52,741 nt of DNA from Nemertoderma westbladi. Lineage: Eukaryota > Animalia > Xenacoelomorpha. Below, piece by piece: positions 47,513 through 52,741 of this stretch. Both the position numbers and the translations under genes were made by a program. A model generated the notes under the pieces. The model did not search any database. It was given only the letters and a program-made list of their open reading frames with translations, and was not told the DNA's origin. Within the stretch, counting starts at the first letter, position 1. Every line of letters starts with the position of its first letter. The stretch covers positions 1-52,741 of the forward strand of contig JAUCBJ010006837.1 of the NCBI GenBank assembly GCA_032718475.1, given 5' to 3'.

Positions 47513-48127
47513 TTTTACCCGAGGTATGTGATACTACTTTTAAACTGTAGCTACGTAACTGATATATTTTAAACTGTAAAGTCAATTTTATTTCAAGTTT
47601 AATACCATATACACGTGATTTATTGTAAACTACTGTACAGAGTTAGACCATTTATGTTACCTAGGCAAGTCAATTTTATTATATATTTTTAAATATGTAT
47701 TATCCTGCCGTCCATTAATTTACTGATTTACAGTAATAACAACTTTTCGCTTGATTTTAATCCAATCAACTACATTTTATTTGCATTTCAGTTAACGTGC
47801 CAGATTCAATTAAACCCACAGCTTCAGATTGTGTTGTGTATTTTAATTATTTTTATCAGCCTCATCCACATAATATTCTACCTCCATTATTAGCCATGTT
47901 TGGATTTTTAGTATTTTTAGATTCACCGCCCGAAATGTAATTGTATTGTGGTAATTTTTAAATTTATCAGTCTACCTATCTTTTTAATTATTTTTAAGTT
48001 CATCAGCTTCAGCCCCCCATTTTGTATTTATATTATTTTTTAGTTAATCAATCCCACCACCACTTAAACTTCTCACCGCCACAACTATAATTAAATTCAA
48101 TTTATTTTATTTCCATAGACTGCATAA

Positions 48128-48178
48128 TGATTGACGTGGGCCCCATAGCATAGCTAGTGTAGGGCACCACGTCAATCA
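48128..48178. repeat. 51-bp hairpin flanked by a 6-bp direct repeat
   Basis: tgattgacgtgg...ccacgtcaatca arms; gcataa on both sides (48122-27, 48179-84). Confidence 0.6.
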
Positions 48179-48579
48179 GCATAATGAATGCACTACATAA
48201 GATACAATACACATCAATTAATTAATGAATACGCCGACCGTAGATACTGCCTCAACAATGCGCATCCAGCAAGACTAGTTATTAGTGTTCACATTGGCGC
48301 CGCACGACACAGATGAGCTGGATTAGCCAGAGCCATCATAAAAATAAAATCATAAATTGAGAGCATTGCAATCCCTGATACATATTGCCACTATTCAATC
48401 ATACCCCATTCAGATGTGATTTTAATCGTTTAGAGAAAGTAATTTTTGACTTTATATTTCGTATTTCTTCAGATAATTCATTCCATAGTTTTGTTCCTTG
48501 ATATTTAAATGATCTTCGGGCAACTTGAAGCCTAACAGAAGGTACCCAGAAATTTCCCCTAGAGGCGAACCGCGTGTTG

Positions 48580-49076
48580 TGACTATGGACGGTACTCGCA
48601 GGTACAAAGCATCATACAAAGCCTCATTCCACCTGTATTTTAATCGTTCACCAATCCGTTCTGTTTGTATTTTAAATAATATTCATCGCCGCTGTATTTT
48701 GAATTTCACTGGGACCCTTATGGAAACGCGGTTCACCGCATAAGGCTATCCCTCCATTTTAACGTTTGCAATTGGTACAGCTCATTAAGACTATTTTTAA
48801 ACTTTTAATTAGGTAATCATAAATCGTGCTGATTAGACAAGCCCGATATCATAGACGTTCACTACACATAGCTACACTATTTTCAGTTACATTTTTATTT
48901 ACTTTCAGTTTGATCAGTAGGCCCTATCTATTACTTAATGAATTAAATACAGTAGTAACTACACGTACACTAAACACTATTATATATTATTTACCAGTTC
49001 CTTATTTTAGTGTTTAATATGTAAATTGTTTTATATTGTTAATCTGGAAAAAAATATCGATCAATCAATCAATCAA
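48580..49076 (+). mobile_element. L2/Crack-like LINE 3' UTR remnant with (ATCA)n tail
   Basis: Stem-loop 48711-48751 homologous to 47379-47420; tail atcaatcaatcaatcaa at about 49060-49076; the 5' boundary is approximate. Confidence 0.65.
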
Positions 49077-49310
49077 TTGGACAGCCCGATTTACTTAAAA
49101 CAATGTAAAATAAATTACCGGTGAATTAGGATTTATGTACTGTATATAGGCCTATTAAGTAATGTGCGTGCAGTATGTATAAAAGTCAATCAATCAACCC
49201 ACACAGCACAAGCAGACAGAGTCAGACTCAGTACAACACAACACAGACAGTGAGCTGATCAGTACACAGGACACAGCAGTATGGCAGTAGGCCTACTATC
49301 TGATCTGATA

Positions 49311-50723
49311 ATGGAACAAGAACAATTACTGGAACGAGAGTTGGAATGTTCTATTTGTCTACGATTATTGGAGAAGCCGCGAGTGTTGAAGTGTTCTCAC
49401 TCGTTTTGCTTCAAATGTATCGCTAAAGTTTCTAAACAACTCGGTGATGGACTATCGATAGAATGTCCGCGGTGTCGGAATCCCACCGAGGTGAAGAAAC
49501 TCGAATCGTTGCCGGTCGTCAATCATATTATATCTTCAATGATCGATTTGATTCGCAAAGATAAGATATGTGAGGGATGTCGAAAAAATAAAGGAACGAA
49601 TCCCTGTGAAGATTGCGGGACAGAATTGTGCCGACCGTGTGAACTCTTCCATGTCTGTGATGATGTTAACCAAACTGATTCGGCAGCAGCGGGTGGACAG
49701 GCGGGATGCAGCTTTGATGACATTGAGCTGGAAAAACAAGGAGCAGTTGGTGGATCTAAAGAACCGGATCCGGATCTGTGTGGAATCCACGGTCTAAACA
49801 AACGTCATTATTGCGAGAAATGCGAATCTCTTGTATGCCGTCAATGCCATTCAGTTGACGGTGTTTCTAAAGATCACGAGATTTTGTATTCAAACGAAGT
49901 CTGTCAAACAATCCGAGGAAACTTAGTAGACGGTCCGTGGAAGTTGAGGTCGCGATTGGAGAATAAACTAACAGTGTTGGAAGGAATTCTGGAGGATTTA
50001 GACGACGTCACTAAAGTTTCCACCGACGACGTCCGCAAACACTTCCAATGTTTATACAACGAATTAAAGGCGGCTGAAGATGCGATGATGAAGGAGATTG
50101 GGGATCTAAAAACCGAAACGGCGGATAAAATATCCGCAGCAAAAGAAAATCTCGCTGATATTGGAATTCCTGAAGAGAACGAATATTATAAGAAGATAAA
50201 GAATTCCGAGTTGATCAAAGAAATACCGGAAGCCAAGAAGATCCTAAAGAAATACAAAGAAATCGAGCAGCGGATCTCTGAGGTTGAACTTGTTGCGGTG
50301 CCGGAAATACGTTTCGTTCCAGTCGAGTTACCAAAGGGGTTGGGAGGGTTTATCGGTCGTGTTTGTGTCGTAAATAAAGGGGATTTAGGAGAGAAGGGGA
50401 GGGATCCAGAGGAGATGGAGAAGGTGGGGGATCCAGTGGGGCTGGGGAAGGTGGGGGATCCAGTGGAGGTAGAGAAGGTAGATGATCCAGTGGGGCTGGG
50501 GAAGGTGGGGGATCCAGTGGGTCTGGTGAAGGTGGGGGATCCAGTGGGGCTTAGGAAGGTGGGAGATCCAGCGGAGCTGGAGAAGGTGGAGGTTCCAGTG
50601 GGGGTGGATAAGGTGGGGGATGCAGTGGGTCTGGTGGAGGTGGGGGATCCAGGGGAGCTGGAGAAGGTGGAGGATCCATTTGGGCCGGAGAAGGTGGGGG
50701 ATCCAGATCCGTGGGGACGATAA
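49311..50723 (+). CDS. TRIM/RBCC E3 ubiquitin ligase-like protein (RING, two B-boxes, coiled coil, repeat tail), single-exon; alternative ATG at 49281
   Basis: C3HC4 RING CSIC...CSHSFCFKC...CPRC; B-box1 CEGC...CEDC...CRPC..H; B-box2 CGIH...YCEKC...CRQC...H; helical coiled-coil segment; KVGDPVGLx repeats. Confidence 0.85.
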   Translation: MEQEQLLERELECSICLRLLEKPRVLKCSHSFCFKCIAKVSKQLGDGLSIECPRCRNPTEVKKLESLPVVNHIISSMIDLIRKDKICEGCRKNKGTNPCEDCGTELCRPCELFHVCDDVNQTDSAAAGGQAGCSFDDIELEKQGAVGGSKEPDPDLCGIHGLNKRHYCEKCESLVCRQCHSVDGVSKDHEILYSNEVCQTIRGNLVDGPWKLRSRLENKLTVLEGILEDLDDVTKVSTDDVRKHFQCLYNELKAAEDAMMKEIGDLKTETADKISAAKENLADIGIPEENEYYKKIKNSELIKEIPEAKKILKKYKEIEQRISEVELVAVPEIRFVPVELPKGLGGFIGRVCVVNKGDLGEKGRDPEEMEKVGDPVGLGKVGDPVEVEKVDDPVGLGKVGDPVGLVKVGDPVGLRKVGDPAELEKVEVPVGVDKVGDAVGLVEVGDPGELEKVEDPFGPEKVGDPDPWGR

Positions 50724-50955
50724 GGTGGGGAATCCAGTGGAGCTAGGAGTGGTTGTGGATCCAATGGAGCTGGATCAGGTGGGGGAGCTGGTGAAGGTGG
50801 GGGATCCAGTGGGGCTCGGGGAGGTGGGGGATCCATTTGGGCCGGAGAAGGTGGGGGATCCAGATCCAGTAGGGACGGAGAAGGTGGGGGATCCAGTGGG
50901 GGTAGAGAAGTGGAGCTTCAGGGAAACTGAAGAAGGTGGGGGATCCAGTGGGGGT
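50395..50955 (+). repeat. 27-bp G-rich coding minisatellite (KVGDPVGLE-like)
   Basis: Unit approximately gagaaggtgggggatccagtggggctg, with BamHI sites in most copies. Confidence 0.9.
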
Positions 50956-51879
50956 TGAAATGGAGAGGCGATTTGATCTCCTCCAATACGAGAAAGTTTT
51001 ACTAAAACGTCCGACTCTAAAGGAAACTTGTCGGATCGATTGTCGGAGAATGGGAATCGGTAAAGTCGGCCCGATTGGTTGTGGCGGGAGGATCCTGGGG
51101 ATAACCGACTCCGTAACCGACAGGATCTGTTTCTATAACGTCAACGCCGACGATTCTTTATCTCCACGTGGAGAACCAGTGGGGTAAAAAGCGACTGCAA
51201 CGCCGCAAAGAAACCGATTCTATTCTTGGAGAGTCTCAGCGATACAATCTGGATCGCCGCGACGGATGTTTGTCTGTTTCTTATAGATACAGAGGCGGTT
51301 GGAGAGAAAGTCCGACATCGTTGTCTGGGTAACGAGAGACACCTCGGTAGACCTCTAGGGTCTATAACTGGGTTGTCGCGGTATTGGGATCCTTATGTAA
51401 TGTAATTACTGAATATAATTACATAATTACATTTAACCCAAACGATTGTTCGATTAGTTGGATTTCCCGTGTCGATCAACCCGGGAGACTTCTTGGTACC
51501 GGTTGGTCGGCTACAACCACATTAACCGCCTTTCTATTCCAACCCGACGAACGGAAGATATCCGTCTGCCACTATAACGTTCGCGGCTCCAACCCCAACG
51601 TTACCCTCGTATTGATATAACGCTAAACGTTCTAGATTGCGGTAAATCCGTCCCTATCGGGGGAGTGAAGCGGCTGTGCCAAGGCGATATTATTACTTAG
51701 TTCCTTTAGAAGAAGATGATAAACAATATGTCGGTGTTTATGATTGGGTTGATGATGGAAGTAAAGTATCCCTATTGGGTGCGGTGCCGGTAGACGGGTT
51801 CGGTGGGTTGGCTGGAACCAATAAAGGATTATTTGTTTACGAAACTGTCCGTAACTGTTTGGTTTATATTAAACTCTAA
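50724..51879 (+). pseudogene. Frameshifted former C-terminal portion of the TRIM gene (possible beta-propeller/NHL-like domain)
   Basis: Protein-like, beta-strand-rich segments continue in changing frames (50620-50958, 50936-51187, about 51183-51395, 51384-51620, 51676-51879), ending LFVYETVRNCLVYIKL*. Confidence 0.6.
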
Positions 51880-52741
51880 CTCAATCAGCTCCACTTATAC
51901 TTTTAGGTTTAACTAACTAACTATTACCGGTTTGTATCTCTTTACTAAAACATATTTTGTTACATTATATATCAACTTATCGGCGCTCTGATGGTATCCT
52001 CCTAACGCTGTAAAGTAATCAATAACTTAGAATCAATAAACTTCTAGAACACATCTTGAGTTTTCTCCATTGTTCTAACTTGTAAGATAACCAAACTAGT
52101 CCGGCAGCCACAAAGGAAAGGTATACCGAAACTTTTTGGACGGATTTAATTGTTTTGATGTTTTGAGTTCTATAGGTCCCACTTAATGAGGAAATGGCGA
52201 TTATAACATTTTTGACTTTGGGCATTTTGAAATAACGACCTAGTTGCTAAGGACCACATAACCCTACTTTAAGGCATAGCAACTGCAATACAGCATGTCA
52301 TAATGGATTAAAATCTTCTACAAAGTCAATTTAGTTCATTTACGAAATAATGACAATCTTTTTCGTCTGATTTTTAGATCCTGTTGCTATGGAGACGGAA
52401 TTAAAGTTTAGTGTTGCGATTTCAATCGCCTTTAATTATACCATTAGTTACAAGAATATGCAGGAAAGTTAGATAAATTATGTTTATTTTATTAGCGTGG
52501 CCTTTCTGTAACTTTAGACAAGGTTAAGAATCGAAATTGGGCTGATATTTATTTCCTAACCTGACATTGTTAGAGTGTTAACATAATTATTAAAGACAAC
52601 AAATTTCAGCGATTATAACATTTAGGTAATGTTTCTACGGTAACTATATTTGTTATTTCCAGTTTAGCTCCTTTCTACTGTACGTTGTGCATCTCTTTTT
52701 ATTGTACCCGTTTCATAAATCGATACCGTAAGGGATAGTAC

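Noticed and set aside
50186-50836. 216-aa Pro/Ser/Thr-rich antisense ORF
   Set aside because: It is the opposite-strand shadow of the TRIM coding minisatellite.

Overview
Eukaryotic (animal-like), AT-rich, transposon-dense genomic DNA; no prokaryotic features or CRISPR array. Three host genes are present and each coding region is a single uninterrupted reading frame: TRRAP (12357-23573, +, 3738 aa), MYBBP1A/Pol5 (35763-39473, -) and a TRIM (RING/B-box/B-box/coiled-coil) gene at 49.3-51.9 kb whose C-terminal part is frameshifted behind a coding minisatellite. The rest is decayed LINEs (CR1, L2/Crack-like, RTE), non-autonomous DNA transposons whose ends and target-site duplications fit hAT, MULE, CACTA/EnSpm and Tc1/mariner, a 4-kb foldback element, hairpins, minisatellites and a tRNA-derived SINE head. 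The most notable observations are: (1) intronless giant housekeeping genes in a non-compact genome; (2) a 4.1-kb insertion, bounded by a perfect 14-bp TSD, that splits an L2 RT and carries a CCHC zinc-knuckle ORF between two RTE pieces; (3) pervasive TA-CAG/CTG-TA, TA-GGCC-TA and TA-CCGG-TA micro-insertions that look like excision footprints; (4) a minisatellite made from the A-box end of a tRNA-SINE; (5) a covarying 3'-UTR stem-loop shared by L2/Crack copies. All family assignments come from motif recognition by eye, not database searches.
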